Shown: one piece after another, positions 30,344 to 44,873 of the stretch | Numbering within the stretch: the stretch's first letter is position 1 | Layout of the letters: each line of letters starts with the position of its first letter | Source of the DNA: the human T2T-CHM13v2.0 reference genome, Homo sapiens | Assembly: GCF_009914755.1 (NCBI RefSeq) | Contig: NC_060929.1 | DNA: 64,000 nt | Reading direction: 5' to 3' (one strand) | Notes under the pieces: generated by a model | Databases searched by the model: none | Seen by the model: the letters and a program-made list of their open reading frames with translations, nothing else | What the model was told of the DNA's origin: nothing | Translations under genes and position numbers: made by a program

Positions 30344-31759
30344 TGAGAAGCGCCAAACTCTCCTGTAATGGTAGAGAAAAAGAGGATCACTTAGGAGTTT
30401 CGATGGTTTAATTTCTGGGCTAGTTCAGATATGTCAATGTTTTTAGTATCAACAGTCCTAAGGACATTTTGCTTTTTTCACCAGAAGCTGTTTTTTAATT
30501 AAGTTAACGTTGTCTACTGTCTCACTGTTGATTTTCATTTTTTTTTTTTAAATCATGTAAGATCTTCCTGTAAGCAACTTCAGAATATCCTCTTTTCACA
30601 TTTAAGGCTGCAGTAATTAGACCCAGATTTGCTGAGCCTGTGGGAATCCTACAACCAAAGTGATCTTAATGGCATTTTAATGTTTGAACTCTTCTGTTCT
30701 TATGTGCGAGGTTACCAAGCAGATAAAAGAAGTGGCTTTGACATCCTGGTGCTTATTAGAGTTTAGAAAATGCCCTTTAAGGGTGAAAGGTTTGTGAGTT
30801 TTTCTTTACTAAATGAGAAACAGTGAAACCAGCAAACCTGTATCAGTACTCACAATGTATTTTGCGTTTTTGGTCTCTTTATACTTCAGATACTTTGAGA
30901 TATTCTTGGGTAAATACTTATGTAAGAGGATTTTATGAATGACAGCACCTTGATTTTATGAATGACAATACCTTGTAAATCAGGAAACAGTAAAAAAAAA
31001 AAAAAGTGTTCAATGGTTTGTAATAGGAGAGATTTTGTATCTTCAAAGGAAAGGTATGTATTTTGCAAATTAAAGACAAGGTGGTATTTGGGGTTTGAGA
31101 AGACTTTGCATGAGATTACTTTATAAAGCCTTATAAAAACACCCAGTTCACAGATGCCAATTTTATTGGTATTACCTCCATGTGATTTATGATAGATGAT
31201 CAAATGAAGAAAAAGCTAAAACAGATTAACCAAAGCATGAAATCATTATTGTCTCAGGCTGTTACCTCACTTAAATTTTCTCCAGTTTTAGGGGTCCAAG
31301 AACTGTCACCTGGACTATCGCTGGAGGATATATCCTATTCCCCAAATCCTACAAACTTCACTTTCAATTCAATAATAAAATTCTTTGCTGGTTGTTTCCT
31401 TTGACCCATCCAATTCTTTTCTAAGTGCGAGATAATTTCTAAGCAGAGACCCACTTTGTTATTCTTGTAGAACCAGTCCATTAGCTCAGTAATATTTCCC
31501 TCCTGATAATTACACAGCACCTGTTTATGTCACTGCATTCATGGAGCACTCATTGTGTGCAAAGCATTATGCCAGGACTGTAGGACTTCAAGATACCCAG
31601 GACAGTCCTTGAGTTGCTGTTCTCTTTTGGAAAGTCTGCAAAATGAATCAATAAGTGATTTCAATACAATGGTGTGATAGCGATGTAACAGATTCCTGGG
31701 GAAGCTACAAGGGCAGACTCACAGTTGAGTTGGGACCTTAAAATGCAGGTCTTGAGTGG

Positions 31760-32115
31760 TGTATTAGTCTGTTCTCATGCTGCTAATAAAGACCTACCCA
31801 AGACTGGGTAATTTATAAAGGAAAGAGGCTTAATTGACTCACTGTTCCACATGGCTGGGGAGGCCTCACAATCATAGCGGAAGGCGAATAAGGAGCAGAG
31901 TCACATCTTATACGGCAGCAGGCGAGAGAGTTTGGGCAGGGGAACTCCTATTTATAAAACCATCAGATCTCGTGAGGCTTATTCACTACCACGAGAACAG
32001 TATAGGGAAAACTGCACCCATGATTCAATTATCTCCACCTGATCCTGCCCTTGACATGTGGGGATTATTATAATTTAAGGTGAGAGTTGGGTGAGGACGC
32101 AGCCAAACCATATCA
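31760..32115 (-). mobile_element. THE1 (MaLR) solo LTR
   Basis: tgtattagtctgttctcatgctgctaataaagac...cagccaaaccatatca; 5-bp TSD agtgg/actgg; lies within an L2 remnant. Confidence 0.93.
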
Positions 32116-33552
32116 ACTGGAAATACGACTGCGGGTATCAGTCCACAGCTGAAGGTTGAGATCACCGATTTACCTAAGAGTAGGGGATAGAGCAGGAGGA
32201 AGAGAGGTTTGGGGAAGCTCAACATTTACTGAGTGAATGAAGGAAGAAGAATATCGGGAAGCTCCAGGAAAGAAGTTGTCAGGGAGATGGAGGAAGGACC
32301 AGTGTTGTTCCAGAATCTTCACTTCCCATCCCAGATCCATCCACATGGAGCTGATATGCCTCTCCTTACTGCTGCTAGTTCCACCTCCTTTCCTCTTGTG
32401 AATTCTTCAAGAAGAACGGAAATGTTTGCTTCCACTGTGCAAGTCCCCAGATTGGTTAACATTCTCTGTAATGAAGGATTCTGTCTTGAGTGGCCTCATG
32501 AATATGAAGCACTGTATGTCATTGTGTCTTTTGGGTCCATGCCCTTAAGAAAGGCTATTTTTTCTTAGATGTGGGATATCATTACAATTACCTTCTACAG
32601 AAACTAGGGCTGCTCATTTCTGATTAGCAATAAATATCTTTAAAGAATGGTGCACAGTTTGGAGAAAATTTGAACAAGTAAACATACCTGTGAACAGTTA
32701 GATATCTTTCCTATTTAACTCACAACTTTCTCAGTCACTGCTCAATGTGATACTCATTTTCACACAAGTTTATGAAGAATTAATTCATTCTGATATGGTG
32801 TTACTCCTCAGTATTTTTTGTTATCAAATAATCCTAAACCAATTTTTCTAGGTGTTAATGACCTTGTAACTTTTCTTTTGCTTTCATTTGCCCCAATTAT
32901 CACGGTATCAGGGAAGGTCTGACTACATCATATTGTAAACTCTTTGAGAATTGGTACCCTTCTTTTACTTCTTTGTACTTACTTAATCCTCTCTATGGAA
33001 AATGATCCATAAATATATATTGATAAAACAATTGGTTACAACTTGTCAGTGAAATGAACAGTTAGCATTCCCAAGATCCCAATTTTTTCTCAGCCTGCTG
33101 CTCCGTTTTTAGACCCAATAGAAATGGAAAAACAAAATCATATCCTAAGATATGCTGATTAGTGTGAACATCCCAAAAGGGTCTTTTTCCAATAAGAAAA
33201 GAACCTCATACAAATTTTACCAATCGCTATAAGGATTTTCCCCCCGTTGGATGTGTTAAAAAAAAAACTGCACAATGTTGGCCTTCATCATTGAAATTCA
33301 CTATTTTTGGGTATGAAGAGAACTAACTGAGTCAAAAGCCTGTCTCATTTTAAAGACAGTCCATCCTTTTCAGAAAACTTACCCTTTAAACTTGGTTAAC
33401 TTAAACAGAGTGGGTTAAATAAAATTTGAAATAGAGATATAAACATATTTCCCACTATTAACTAGTGTGTGTGAATATCCTCTAAGTAAATTCTTCATTA
33501 ACCTAGGCATGCATGGGAACTGGAGTCCAGGGGGCCCAGAGGGGGTGATGTC

Positions 33553-34038
33553 TGTGTGTGTTTCCTATTGCTGCTGTCACAAACTACCAAACGCATTGAG
33601 TCTGCAGACAACACACATTGATTATCCTACAATTCTGGACATCAGAAGCCGCAATTAAGTCATAAGGGGGAAGAAATGTGTTGGCAGGACTGCACTCCTC
33701 CTGCAGGCCCTGGGGAGAATTCATTTCCTTTCCTTTTCCAGTCCTAGAGGCCGGCTCCATTCCTTTGTTCATAACACCATTCAGTGAACAATCCCAGCAC
33801 GCCCAGCTCTGCAGACATCACCGCATCTCTGTCTGACTCTGGCCCTCTCCACTCCCTCTCAGAAGGACACTTGTGGTCACATTTGGCCCATTGGCTAATC
33901 CAGGATTACACCCCCATCTCAAGATCTCTAATTTAACGACATCTGCAAAGCCCCTTTGCCATATAAGGTCAGGTAGTCAAAGGTTGTGGGGACTAGGGTG
34001 TAGCATCTTTGAGGAGCTGTTATTCAGCCTTTAGCACA
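33553..34038 (-). mobile_element. MLT1 (C/D/E-like) solo LTR
   Basis: tttcctattgctgctgtcacaaactacca...acatctgcaaagcccctttgccatataagg...tattcagcc. Confidence 0.85.
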
Positions 34039-34908
34039 AAGGGTGTCTGGCTGGTAGAAGGTCCTCTGCAGCCCAGAGGGTCTGGCTGACTCTATTCTCC
34101 GTTTCCCCACTTTTCTTTCCAATGTGCCACATTTCTTCATTTCTCTCCTCTCCTACCTTTTATTTTGCATGTGCCCTGTTCTTAGTCATTGCAAAAGGAC
34201 CAAGGCAGGAGTAATGAATATATACCTTTAATACATCAAGGGGATATACAGCCTGTACATGATAACATGAGCTCTCAATTCTGGATGAGTTATGAAATGA
34301 GATAGGGGAAGACACAAGGGATTGTGGCAGCCTGAAATATGCCCCATTGTGCACTCAGCAACAGGCATGATAAGCAGCTCAATGCCACGTCTTCATCACA
34401 GTCCCAGAGTAAATGTGTTTTATTGATTTTTATGTTTAAAAGTCTCATCTACTCAAGTAGTGTGTTTAATGCTACAAGTACAACAAAAATAAGTTAAAAC
34501 TCTAACAGGCAAAACAAGTCTTACAATATATTGAAAAAGCTGCAGCAATTTGTTTAACTATTTGCAAGTTTATTTATACAGTAGTTGACTTTTCAGTTAT
34601 CCTTTTGGTTTCTCCTAGCTTTTAGTAAACAATATAAGTGCTCTTGTCCAATTTAAGGATGATCACTTTGAAAACCATACAAAGGTTTGGTGCTGGGAGA
34701 ATTTCTTCCCACAGCGATTACTTGAAGATGTGAGTTTCTATTGGAAGGTGAAAGACCACTGTTGATAAAAGTTTAAAAAAATCATTTACATTTAAATTTA
34801 AATTGAGAGATGCTTGTCCCATTAGCAATAATTTTTATAGAGCAAGTAAATCTTCATTTATCTATCATCCCCAAAGTTTATTCTAAGCACAATTGTAAAG
34901 CATTTCCT

Positions 34909-35203
34909 GGATGGGCACAGTGGCTTACGCCTGTAATCCTAGCACTTTGGAAGGTGGAGGCAGGCAGATCAACTTGAGGGCAAGAGTTCAAGACCAGCCT
35001 GGCTAACATGGTGGAACACCATCTCTACTAAAAATACAAAAAAATTAGCTGGGTGTGGTGGTGCAAGCCTGTAATCCCAGCTACTTGGGAAACTGAGGCA
35101 TGAGAATTGCTTGAGCCTGGAAAGCAGAGGTTGTAGCGAGCCAAGATTGTGCCACTGCACTCCAGCCTGGGTGACAGAGTGCTACTCTGTCTCAAAGAAA
35201 AAA
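34909..35203 (+). mobile_element. Alu (old S/Jb)
   Basis: Full dimer, CpG-depleted; TSD aaagcatttcc/aaagcattttcc. Confidence 0.93.
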
Positions 35204-35959
35204 AGCATTTTCCCACCTCCCTTTCCTGTTCTTCTGGCCTCCTTGTTTACCCCTAATTCACGCTTTGCTGGTACCTAGTGCTATTGTGCACTTCCCAGCC
35301 TCTCCAGAGACTCCTGGTGCAGAGCCTCAGCTGGGCTAGCCCTCCTTACCCCCTGCTTCCTTCCAGAATCTTCCATGAAACTTCAAAGATCTTTTCTTCA
35401 GAGGACTGTCATCAGGTCCCTACCAGTTATCCCACGTCAGACAACCTGATTTTTGTGAAGGCACTGGTATGCTTCTGTCATCCTCTCTGGAATGGCTGGA
35501 AATACAGGACTTTAACTAGAATTCCCAGTGTGAATTCTTTAGAACACAAGTTTCCTAGCAGGTGAATAGTTGCCACATAAAAAAATAGGTTCAGTTACCA
35601 AATAAATCTTGGAAATTTGTAGTGTGCATTGGCACATGTGAGAATAAAATACTCCAAATAACTTATTTAAGGTCACTTAACACAATATTTCCCATCATAC
35701 CATCTACAGGACCAGGGGACCTGAGACCTCGTCAAGAATAAAGGGTCTTTAAAGATGAACCATCATCCTCAGTAATGGACAGGAAACCATTTTGGAAAGC
35801 ATCAGCACAAAGCAAAGCAGAGAAGTTGCTCAGCTGGTGTTTGGGATTGAAAGCCTTTAACAGCAAGGGCAAGAACACTCAACTCAAATGCAGGTGGAAG
35901 AAGGGAGACCGTTGGTTCACTTATTATAAAATGTAAGAGTAGATTTGTTTCAGCTGGGG

Positions 35960-36450
35960 CTTGGCCTCCACTAACAAATGTTAGGAAAGTCAACTCAAAC
36001 TTTAGCAGAAGAAGGAAAATTCTTGGGTTGTTTACTAAAAATCCCAAAATGAGGATAGGCCGAGGCATTCTAACATAGTCATTGGGGACTGGTGTTTTTC
36101 TATCTCCTGGCTCTGACTTCTGCCTCTTTGATTTCATTCTCAGGACCCCAGGTGGTGTCTTTGCCAGCTCTGAACTCACATCTTCCTCACTGCAAAGGAA
36201 AAGTCAGAAAAGTCTTCTTGCATTTCACTGATTCTGCTGATTGGATGACATAATCCTCTCTGAACCCATCATGGTGGCCAGGGAGATACCATACTCTGAT
36301 TGGTCAAGTCTGAGTCCTGGGACCAGGGCAAGGGCCAACTCCACCCAATGCACATGGTCAGAAGATAGGCAAGATAGTGGTCTGCAAGAGAAAAATTGTG
36401 GCATTATTACCAGAAGTAGAGTGAATGGGTTTTTGGTGGCTGGAATACAA
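35960..36450 (-). mobile_element. Old MLT1 (K/L-like) LTR
   Basis: tctgaacccatcatggtggccagggagataccatactctgattggtcaagtctgagtc. Confidence 0.55.
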
Positions 36451-37059
36451 CTGCAGCTGAGAGGAAACCATTAGCCAGCATGTGGTTTTGTCTTTATGTA
36501 TTTAAAGCAATTCAGTTTTACAGGATTAAAGAATTAGCAGGTTAGTGGTGCAGATAATCAAGATGCCTGCAGTTATTATAGAAAATGCTAGATAAAGAAG
36601 ATGTCCCCAGAATATGAAGCAAAGTTTAGCCTCTGAAAATGTGACTATCCAAAATTCACCTCATAGAGTATTCATCAGTGCTCTGTTCCTTAGTAAGTTG
36701 GTTTCCTTAAGGGTAAGGACTTTATCTCCACCTCCCTGTTACTCAGCATAATACTTTGTGCTGAAGAACTTGTTAGAAGACCATTCTTCACTGAATTAAT
36801 GAATAAATTTGCAGATATAATTTAAGATGATATTTTTAAAATATATGTCCTGGGGTGCTTGGAAAACACCCCTGTCCAGTAAAAAGGGAATGTTTTTTGG
36901 ACCATACTGTGCTAACAGGGAAAATCGGTAACCTAATAAGTTGTTCTGAACGTGTCTGAAGGCTATGGGAAAGCAAAATCTTGGTCTAGGAGAAGTCTAG
37001 GAAGGGAGAACAAAGAGCTGGGGCTTTACAAAATCAATGGGAGAGGGGCCCTGTGCAGC

Positions 37060-37396
37060 TGTCTAAGTCTGGTCAGCCTGCTATAGACTGGCAGGCTTAT
37101 AAACAATAGAAATTACTTCTCACAGCTCTGGAGGCTGGAAGTCCAAGGCCAGGATGGCAGCATGGTTGAGTTCTGGTGAGGGTGCCCTTCTGGGTTACAG
37201 ACGGCTGACTTCTCACTATAACCTCACAGGACAGTGGGAGTGAGGGGCTTCCATTGGTATACATATATAGGCACTGATGCCACTCGCAAGGGCTCTGCTT
37301 CTGTGACCTAATCACCCCCCAAAGGCTCTACCTCCTAACACCATCACCTTGGGATTTCAATATATAGATTTTGGGGGGACACAAACTCAAACTAGC
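37060..37396 (-). mobile_element. MLT1A-like solo LTR
   Basis: ggcttataaacaatagaaattacttctcacagctctggaggctggaagtccaag...ggggggacacaaac. Confidence 0.85.
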
Positions 37397-38154
37397 TTAA
37401 TTCTGTGTAGCTTTCTTCTCTCCTGTATCTGACCCACAAATTCAAGCCTCCCTGGTCTCCCCAAACTTTGGGTTCTCTCTCTCTTCAACTCAGCAAGGTA
37501 CTGCTTGAGGTTCCCTCCCTGTCCCCCATGTAGTGTGCTGTTGAGACCACAAGGCTTGGCTCATCTTGTTTCCTTCCACTCAGGGACCATAGTCCTGTGC
37601 AGCCCTTTGTGCAAACCCTTTTACTGCATCCATTTTCTCCAGTTCTCTGCATGTTCAAGGTGAGAGGGGAAATCTGGCTCCTGTTACTCCATCTTGGCCT
37701 TTGACACGTGCAGTGAATACATTGTGCCTGGCTGCGAGTGCAGGCCTAAGGAGGACACGTGGAATGGACAGAGGAAGGAGGGAAGATACAACTGGCTCCA
37801 GAGTTCTGACTGCTGGACACCATCCTCACAGCTTCTCCTGGTTCTCTGATGAATGACAATGGCTAAATGTAATTTGAATCCCCAAGATGTCCTAGTGGAC
37901 ATTTATCACATTTTCTGGAGGTGGGGCATTGTTAGGACATATTTGCTTTAGTCTAAGTCCAGTCTTCCCAAGGCAGAGACCAGAACATTTGGATCCTGAG
38001 TGGTCACTAAGTCAGCGATGCAGGCATGTGACCTGGGCTCCAACCATCAGCTTCTGCCCTGAGGCCTTTCAGTTGAGTGACTTGAGGAATGTGGCTCTGG
38101 GCAGAATCCATTCTCTCAGGACAGGTGGTGGCACAGCTGTCTCGCAAGACCCTC

Positions 38155-38547
38155 TGTCTTAATCCATTTGTATTGCTATAAAGAAATACCTGAGGCTGAG
38201 TAATTCATAAAGAAGAGGTTCATTTGGCTCACAGTTCTTCAGGCTGTACAAGAAGCATAGTGCCAGCATCTGCTTCTGGTGAAGTTTTAGGTTGCTTCCA
38301 CTCATGGTGGAAGGCGAAGGGGAGCCAGTGTGTGCAGAGATCATATGGCGAGATAGGAAGCGAGAGAGGCAGGCGAGGGAACTAATAGACCAAGAACTCA
38401 CTCACTCTCCTCACCCCAAGGAGGACATTAATGTATTCCTGAGGAATCTGCCCTACTACCCACAGTCCTTATTAGGTGATGCCTTCAACATTAGAGATCA
38501 GAGTTCAACATGAGATTTGAAAGGGTCAAGCAAATCAAATTATAGTA
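38155..38547 (-). mobile_element. MST (MSTB-like) solo LTR
   Basis: tgtcttaatccatttgtattgctataaagaaatacctgaggctg...; perfect 5-bp TSD ccctc (38150-38154 / 38548-38552). Confidence 0.9.
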
Positions 38548-39939
38548 CCCTCCCTGGGCAAAAGTGGGTTGATGTGGACTGAGGCTACCATGCTGTTTCC
38601 TCTGGCACCCAGAAGACAACAGCAGAGGCTTGGCTCCCTGGCCAGGCAGCTCACGGCTGGATTTTAGCCACTGTGCCCAGAACCTTAGCTTTTGGTCTGT
38701 TTCACCAGCCATCCCAACAATTCTGTAAAAGTACCTCCTTGTTCTTCTTCATCAACCGGAGTTGGCTGAATTCCACTCTTATTTGGAAGACTTATTGTCT
38801 TGGTTGTATTATTATTTGACTAAGTAGCAAATGACTGGCAAAGAGATAACTGAAAAATAGGATGTAATTTTATCAAATAAAGAAAGTCTACATTTAAATA
38901 GCTGCTTCCAAGTAGATGTAGGTCCTCATTTATAAGCCATCTATGTACATCATAGACCAATGCTGAAGACCAGAGGAGAGCAAAGGCATTAATTATTCCA
39001 AGACTTATCTCTTTCTATTGTCAACTGTAACATTTTTCCACTGGAAATAAAATCTTCTATTAGTCTAGTAATTGTTTCTGAATATTTTAATGACCTGTGT
39101 CAGCACTATACAAACCATATATTTTCTGAACAAGTTTCTAGGCTTCACAAGCATTTCCGGAGATGGACATTAGTAATCAAGGTATAGGATGTACTAAGCT
39201 GACAAATGGTTTTCTCTAATAGAAGGCTTGGAAATAGCATCTGATTTCATTAATTTTATAACTTCTCATTCATTTACATTTGTAAGTTGAACATGTACCC
39301 GCTATGCTTCAATTCATTCTTTTGAAAGAAATGCACAGACCAGGGTCATTGTTATGGATAAATGTGCACCTTTTAAAAACAGCATGGGTAGTTGTGGCTT
39401 AGAGTGGAAATAATGATGTCAACTGAGCCACCAGGATGATGCATGCCCCAGGAGTCAACTAGATAAGATGTGGTCATGGAAGATATGAAATTCTATCTTA
39501 ATAAAGCACCATCAAGTCCTTGTCTTTTAAACATAAAATAACTTATTCCCAGTCGGTGATAGAAAGCATATCACTTGGAGTTTCTGGTAGGAGTTGCTTT
39601 AGAGTGGAAGCATATATTCAAATTTTGAATGGTATACTTCGCTCCTCACCAATATTACTTGGTGACATTTGTATGGACAGGCAAGAAGCTACTTTGTTAT
39701 GCAAACCTTTGAAAGGGGATGAGAGAGAATAAAAAAATCAACAACCAAATAAATGAATGGGCTATGAACATAATAGGTGAGACATTGAACTAGCTGTTGT
39801 TTATCCTGGCAAGAAGTTGAGAGTGTTTTTAAAATAGTATCTAAATCCAAAACCAAGCCATTGTAACAAGAAAGAAAAGCCTCATTGGGCTTTTTGTGGT
39901 GTGTGAAGCAAAACTGTAGATATAGAGAATAAATTCACT

Positions 39940-40053
39940 AGAAGAAACCTTGGAAGTGCATTTAGTTCAATGCTCTCATTCTGTCAATGGGGGAAACTGA
40001 GGCCCAGCCAAGAAAGTGATCTACCCAAGGTCGCTTATTAGTTAGTGGGAAAG
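39940..40053 (-). mobile_element. MIR SINE
   Basis: ctcattctgtcaatgggggaaactgaggcccag...cccaaggtcgc. Confidence 0.75.
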
Positions 40054-40416
40054 TGCTATAGACTTAATGTTTGTGTCCCTCTGAAATTCATATGTTGAAA
40101 TTCTAACTCCTGAGGTGATGGTATTAGAAGGTGGGACCACTGGGGGATGACTAAGTCATGAAGGTGGAGGTCTCTTGCATGAGAGTAGAGCCCTCATAAA
40201 AGAGACCACAGAGAGCTCTCTCCTCCCTTTCTGCCATGTGAAGGTAGAGTGAGAAGACGGCCATCTATGAACCAGGAAGCAGGTTGTCGTCAGACTCCAA
40301 AACTGCCATGGCCTTGATCTTGGACTTCCCAGCCTCTAGAACTGTGAGAAATAAATGTTGTTTAAGCCACCCAGTCTATGTCATTTTTGTTATAGCAACC
40401 CAAACAGGCTAAGACA
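40054..40416 (+). mobile_element. MLT1A0-like solo LTR
   Basis: tgctatagacttaatgtttgtgtccc...ttcccagcctctagaactgtgagaaataaa...ctaagaca. Confidence 0.9.
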
Positions 40417-40469
40417 GAGCATGTAAGTTTAGAAGACTGTGTCAAAGGATGGAGCACTGTGAAAACTTT

Positions 40470-41020
40470 ACCATTTGATCCAGCAATCCCACTACTGGGT
40501 ATCTACCCAGAGGAAAAGAAGCCATTATTCAAAAAAGATACTTGCACATGCATGTTTATAGCAGCACAATTCACAATTGCAAAAACGTGGAACCAACCGA
40601 AATGTCCATCAATCAACTAGTGGATAAAGAAACTGTGGTATATATGATGGAATACTACTCGGCCATAAAAAGGAATGAATTAATGGCATTCGCAGCAACC
40701 TGGATGATTGGAGACTATTATTCTAAGTGAAGTAACTCAGGAATGAAAAACCAAGCATCCTATGTTCTCACTCATAAGTGGAAGCTAAACTATGAGGATG
40801 CAAAGGCATAAGAATGACACAATGAACTCTGGGGACTCGGTGGGTAAGGGTCGGAAGGGTGTCAGAGATAAAAGACTACAAATTGTGTGCAATGCATACT
40901 GCTTGGGTAATGGGTGCACCAAAATCTCACAAGTCACCACTAAAGAACTTACTCATGTAACCAACACTACCTCTTCCCCAATAACCTATGGAAATAAACT
41001 TTTTTAAATAAATAAATAAG
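40470..41020 (+). mobile_element. L1PB (PB1-like) 3' end
   Basis: atctacccagaggaaaagaag...gggtgcaccaaaatctcacaagtcaccactaaagaacttactcatgtaacc. Confidence 0.9.
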
Positions 41021-41434
41021 AGTTAGTTACATGAAAAAAAGATGCTAATACCTACATAATGTGCCCATCGTGATGAGTAAAAATCTAGGGAATATTTGCA
41101 AAGTAAGGAGCTCCCAGCTCCTCCATGCTGTAGGCAGCAAGGTGAGCAATATTCTCCAGGGATAATTGTTTTAATAGGAAAAGTTGCCTGGGTTTCCATA
41201 GACCTGAATGGGCACTCTCCTATTGAACACAGGACCTGAATAAAACCCTATAATGATAGGCTTTTGCACTAACAGCCCCCTCAATGCTGGATCAAGATGC
41301 AAAAAGGCATGGCTGAAATGAGATGACATCCAAATGCAATTAAAAAGATCAAAGGCATAGATGCAAGAAGAGAGTGCCTGATAAAAATAATTTTTATTTG
41401 CAAAATCAAAAACAAACAAAACCCTCCCCAAACA

Positions 41435-41760
41435 AAAAAAAGACCTAGAGTTTTAGTTGATTCAAGCTTACGGTGCACCAAGGGTGTGATGTGATTGTCC
41501 TATAAACTGAAAGAAAACTTAGGCTGAATTAATCGGACTCAGTGTCCAAAAGCCCTAGAGGAAGTAACAAATAGGGGGTATAGATTCAAGTTCAATATAA
41601 CAGGGAACTTTCTTGCTATTTATTGTGTTATTAGATTGGGCTGATAATTTGGTGTGCATTTCTGGAAGGTTGTGAACAGCTGGGTGAACATCTGTCAAAG
41701 AGGCTGCAAACTTGATTCTGCTTTTGACAAGGTGACCCCCAGCTCCACTCTAACTCTAGG
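41435..41760 (+). mobile_element. L3/CR1-like ancient LINE fragments
   Basis: aaagacctagagttttagttga; agattcaagttcaatataacagggaactttct. Confidence 0.4.
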
Positions 41761-41769
41761 GTGTAAGTC

Positions 41770-41965
41770 TAAAGTCTAGCTTTACTCTCCAAGTCCCACC
41801 ACATACTGTGTGACCTTAGACAAGTTATGAAACCTCTCTGAGTCTCTTTTCCTTGGCTTTAAGATCAGGAAGATTAAATATATCTCTCAGAAATTATTTT
41901 AAAAAATCAGTTTAAGATATGTAAAGCAAAGCCCCTGGTATAGTGCCTGGTACATAATAATTTTT
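41770..41965 (+). mobile_element. MIR SINE
   Basis: ctgtgtgaccttagacaagttatgaaacctctctgag...tagtgcctggtacataata. Confidence 0.8.
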
Positions 41966-43374
41966 AAAAATATTTGTGTTGTCAGAACTGTCCATTCTTC
42001 CATTTATAACAACTCATTCAGGGATGAGCGTGTGAATCCCATAACAATTAATGAGATAGACTGTGATTTCCACCAAGGCTTCGTGGAGTTCTTCTTGCTT
42101 AATGGATTTAAGGCTGAGACGGCACTTCCTAGAGATCCTATTACATCTGAACTCTGAGATTAGGACCAGGACAGCTGCAGACAAAGGCAAGAGCCAGAGA
42201 GAAACAAGCCTGTGAGGACTTTGGTCCACCATGCCTAAAGCTTGATGACTTCTAGGCTTCTCATTTACATGTGTCAATTAATTCCATTTTGCTTCCTGCA
42301 GGGTTTCAGAAAAACTTAACTAAAGAATTGTGACAGATGCAGTCCTGGAGAAAGACATTCTCGTATCCTTACAGTTTTATTATTGTTGCTCCCATGCAAA
42401 GCCCCAACTTGGCAACAACTTTTCCTTTCTTCCATGCATGGAGCTATGAAGCCACCATGGGCACTACTTTTCTTAATTATCTACCTCTTCTTACAGCCCG
42501 GGGCAGACAACTTGACACATCGAGGACACATTGACCTGAAAAGTCTATTGTTGTTTTTGGCAGCTCTCAGCTTACAGATCATACCTTTAAAACCACAGCT
42601 GTGTCTTCTTTAGTTCACCCTCGAGGTGCCAAAAGCCTAATCAATAATGAATAGCCATGATGTCTTCAAACTGACTTTAGCATCTGGCCTGAGGAGGGGC
42701 ACACCAAGTCTGGGTCTCATGGCAAGCAAAAGTTGGAACGAAAATAGAAATGCTGAGGCAAGCTCAATCACAATGTAGATTCACCAGAGGTTCTCTTCTT
42801 TGAATGTTACATTTCTGCCATCACCTGCTTGCTAGTTAAATTAACCGTCAAAACCTGCGACAAATTGTGGCAAGGCTGAAGTGAACTAACATGGAAGCTC
42901 CATGACCATCACTGAACAAGGTTGTTGAAGCCACAGCTCTGACACTTTCTGATGTCAGCTTGTCTGAATGACCCCTGGAGATTCTTCTGACAACCTCCAA
43001 GGAGGCCATGGGTCTATTGATGGACACGAATCTGAATTTTAGTGGCCAAGCTGCTGGAGGAAGAGTTTTAAGGGCCTAGTGGTTTCCATAGATACGAGTC
43101 ATTCAATGCTGATGTTCTTCCCAGAGGTGCCTCTTTCTTCTGTTAGTGTTGTATAGTCCCCTTGCAAAAGCAGCAAGGACCCTTACCCCAAATTTAGTTC
43201 AGGTATGGAGGTTGATGACTCTCCATGCACAAAAGTGTTTGAGAGAAGGTTTATTGCTCACACAAGGGACTCTCTGGTAGAACTGAGCAGGTGCCAGCAG
43301 GCCCGGGGTTGGCTCAGGCAGAGTGGAAGAATGGGCTTGGGCCTTCAAATAAGTGGCTAAGAGCCCAGCACATG

Positions 43375-43522
43375 CTCACTGGATTTAGGGCCCAGTGAAA
43401 TCCAGTTTGACTTAATCTCTCACCTTGATTACATCTGCAGAGATCTATTCCCAAATGAGGGCACATTCTGAGCTTCTGGGTGGACATGAATACTTGGAAG
43501 AAACAGTTCAACCCAGTCCACA
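43375..43522 (-). mobile_element. MLT1 LTR 5' fragment
   Basis: ggatttagggccc...ttgattacatctgcagagatctattcccaaatgagggcacattctgag. Confidence 0.7.
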
Positions 43523-43999
43523 AAGTGAAAGCACTTCATTATCACTTCTGAAAAATCACCTTTATCACACTTACCATATTGCTGAATTTCTGCTTCCCCA
43601 AATGGGACTGGAAAGAACCTTCACAGGCTCATGGGATTCCCAGGAAAGTTTGACCCTGGAAGAGGATTGAGACCTAAAGAATGGATTTGCTCAAAGCAGA
43701 GCTGAGACGGGGAAGCGGTGGAACAGGGATGCCACCTCTTCAGCCCTCACCTGAGGGCAACACTGGCTGGGGGTGGAGAACCTTAGTGTCCCATACTGGC
43801 CTGTTTTCCCAGCAGAGACACAGCTGAGTCAGCAACAGTGAGTGTGACATTTGGAAGCATCATGGCCTCAGGATGAGTGTGGTCACCAGTGCTGTTAAAT
43901 ATAGTTCTCATGGCTGGTGCCCCATTAAGACAGATTTGATGCTTGGTGACACATTCAATTTGAAAATTTCCCACAGTTAGGCTGGATTCAGTGGCATCC

Positions 44000-44389
44000 C
44001 CCTTTGATTCCTGTGGGGCTGCCATAACAAAGTACCACAGGCTGGGTGCTTAAACAACAGATATGTATTTTCTCACAGTTCTGGAGGCTGGAAGTCCAAG
44101 ATCAAGGCGCTGTCAATGTTGATTTCACTCTGAGGCCTCTCTTTCTGGCTTGCAGATAGCTGTCTTCTCACTGTGTCCTCACATGGGCTTTCCTATGTCC
44201 CTATATATGTTCAAGTGTTTTTTTTTTTCTTATAAAAACACCAGTCCTGTGGGATTAGGGCTCCCTCTAATTACTTTGTTTTAACTTAATTACCTCCTTA
44301 GAGGTAATTTAATAGGGTCACATTCTGAACTACTGTGGCCCGGGACTTCAACACATGAATTTGCAGGAGACACAGTTAAGCCCATATCA
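44000..44389 (-). mobile_element. MLT1B-like solo LTR
   Basis: ggctgccataacaaagtaccacaggctgggtgcttaaacaacag...gacacagttaagcccatatca. Confidence 0.88.
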
Positions 44390-44873
44390 ATCCCTTCCAC
44401 ACATTTGTGTTGAGTGAGCAAAGTGCATGCCTTCCTTTGTTACACATTTCTGTCTCTGAAAGTTATGACTGTCTGTCAAGGAAGGGTCTAGACTTTAGAT
44501 GGCAGGGCCATGAGGCACAGCCAGGCTGAGAGCTCAAAATCGTGACTCAGTTCAGCGTGTGGGGTGCACGAATGCTGAGGGGTGGGAGCTGAGGTGCAGC
44601 ACTGACAGTTTCTTGACTTTTCCCTTAGAGAATCCCAGTCTTCAGGGGGTCTTTTCAAGACATTTATACCTTGACTTCCATCCGTGCTGGAAACGTTTAC
44701 CCACCTTTGCAATTGGCAGGCCAGGTTGCAAATAAACCTACTTCTAAGCATGAGACTCAAAAATACGAGGGACTCTGTTATAACTGTAATTCCAGTTACA
44801 GAGAAGAACTTAATATAAGATAGATTATTTGAGGGCCTTGTTCTAGGAATGTATATACAGCAAGAAGCTATTT